Source: Perkinsela sp. CCAP 1560/9 (lineage: Eukaryota > Protista > Euglenozoa: Kinetoplastea). Taken from it: 64,000 nucleotides of DNA. Shown here in pieces: positions 63,407 to 64,000 of the stretch. Each line of letters begins with the position of its first letter. The stretch's first letter is position 1. A program made the position numbers and the translations under genes. The DNA lies in the NCBI GenBank assembly GCA_965644495.1, contig CBFFSA010000003.1, forward strand, positions 806,001 to 870,000. The letters run 5' to 3'. The notes beneath the pieces were generated by a model that searched no databases, had not been told where the DNA came from, and saw only the letters and a program-made list of their open reading frames with translations.

Positions 63407-64000
63407 ATGATACAAATTTGCGCTATGAGTCCGGCTGGAGCACAGCCCATTCGTAGTTGTGCAGCATCTACCCGTTACACTTCAAGCCTTCACCTTGGTT
63501 TGTACACCTATTCATTTAGGAAATACTCTAGAAACGATCGAGTTAGAACACTAAATTCAATGCGAGTGAAGTCCTGCGATTCCAAACCCCGGATTGAACA
63601 TTCGCCTGTGTCTGCAAAAGTGCATTGTGAAAGAGATGCATCATCGAAAGAGGTTGTTTTTTCAGATAAAGAACTGGTCCAACTTCGGCATGACGTAAGC
63701 GGATTACAGAAGAATATTGAAGATTTGAAGTCGCAGTGGGGTACTGATGTGAATCGCGATTCACGAAGCGACACGATTCGCACGCTTCAATCGATTATCC
63801 GACAAACCCAACAGGAAATGCAATCATTCGCAGTCGAGCAAAAAAGAGTGATTGAAAAATTTCATACTATTCAAAAACACTTTCAACATCGCTTTCACGC
63901 GCTAAACTCCTTGGCATCTCACAATGCGGAGCCTCGGGCTGGATTTCCGGATGCCGAAAATGAAGCAACCAAATGCTGGACTGGTACATCGCACAGCAAG
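63407..64000 (+). CDS. Hypothetical coiled-coil protein, truncated by the window end
   Basis: The frame from ATG 63407 stays open to base 64000; it is absent from the ORF track, probably because it has no stop. Confidence 0.65.
   Translation, partial: MIQICAMSPAGAQPIRSCAASTRYTSSLHLGLYTYSFRKYSRNDRVRTLNSMRVKSCDSKPRIEHSPVSAKVHCERDASSKEVVFSDKELVQLRHDVSGLQKNIEDLKSQWGTDVNRDSRSDTIRTLQSIIRQTQQEMQSFAVEQKRVIEKFHTIQKHFQHRFHALNSLASHNAEPRAGFPDAENEATKCWTGTSHSK

Overview
Eukaryotic nuclear DNA from a kinetoplastid. It is most consistent with a Perkinsela-like prokinetoplastid, but that assignment is an inference. All ~28 credible host genes are intronless and on the + strand, forming one polycistronic-type cluster. 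They include kinetoplastid hallmarks (5-knuckle UMSBP/CNBP, KAP-like HMG proteins, a KREPB-like editosome protein) and housekeeping genes (RPS14, PP1, RRP8, EXO1, V-ATPase c'', ERH, DNAJC2, TYW4/5, RPN6). Unlike trypanosomatids, the window is full of cut-and-paste DNA transposons, mainly at 1-5 kb and 15-41 kb. These are one intact Tc1-like element with DD32E spacing plus deleted relatives, three Merlin/IS1595 relics, hAT pieces (one nested stack with an 8-bp TSD), a PIF/Harbinger relic, many MITEs and a CRE/SLACS-type RT fragment. The two strongest candidates for something undescribed are: (1) a multi-copy IS30-family transposon resident in a eukaryotic chromosome, with TIRs, reiterated subterminal motifs and a 3-bp TSD; and (2) recurrent 1-2 kb strand-symmetric compositional islands (C/A-rich, then a GC-rich centre, then G/T-rich) whose skew flips inside genes and flips synonymous codon usage, as expected of origin-like or bidirectional-promoter-like sites. 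Also notable are an RRM+YTH protein, a tRNA-derived Pol III-like element, and a KAP gene bracketed by a 375-bp inverted duplication. All calls come from reading motifs by eye; no searches were run.
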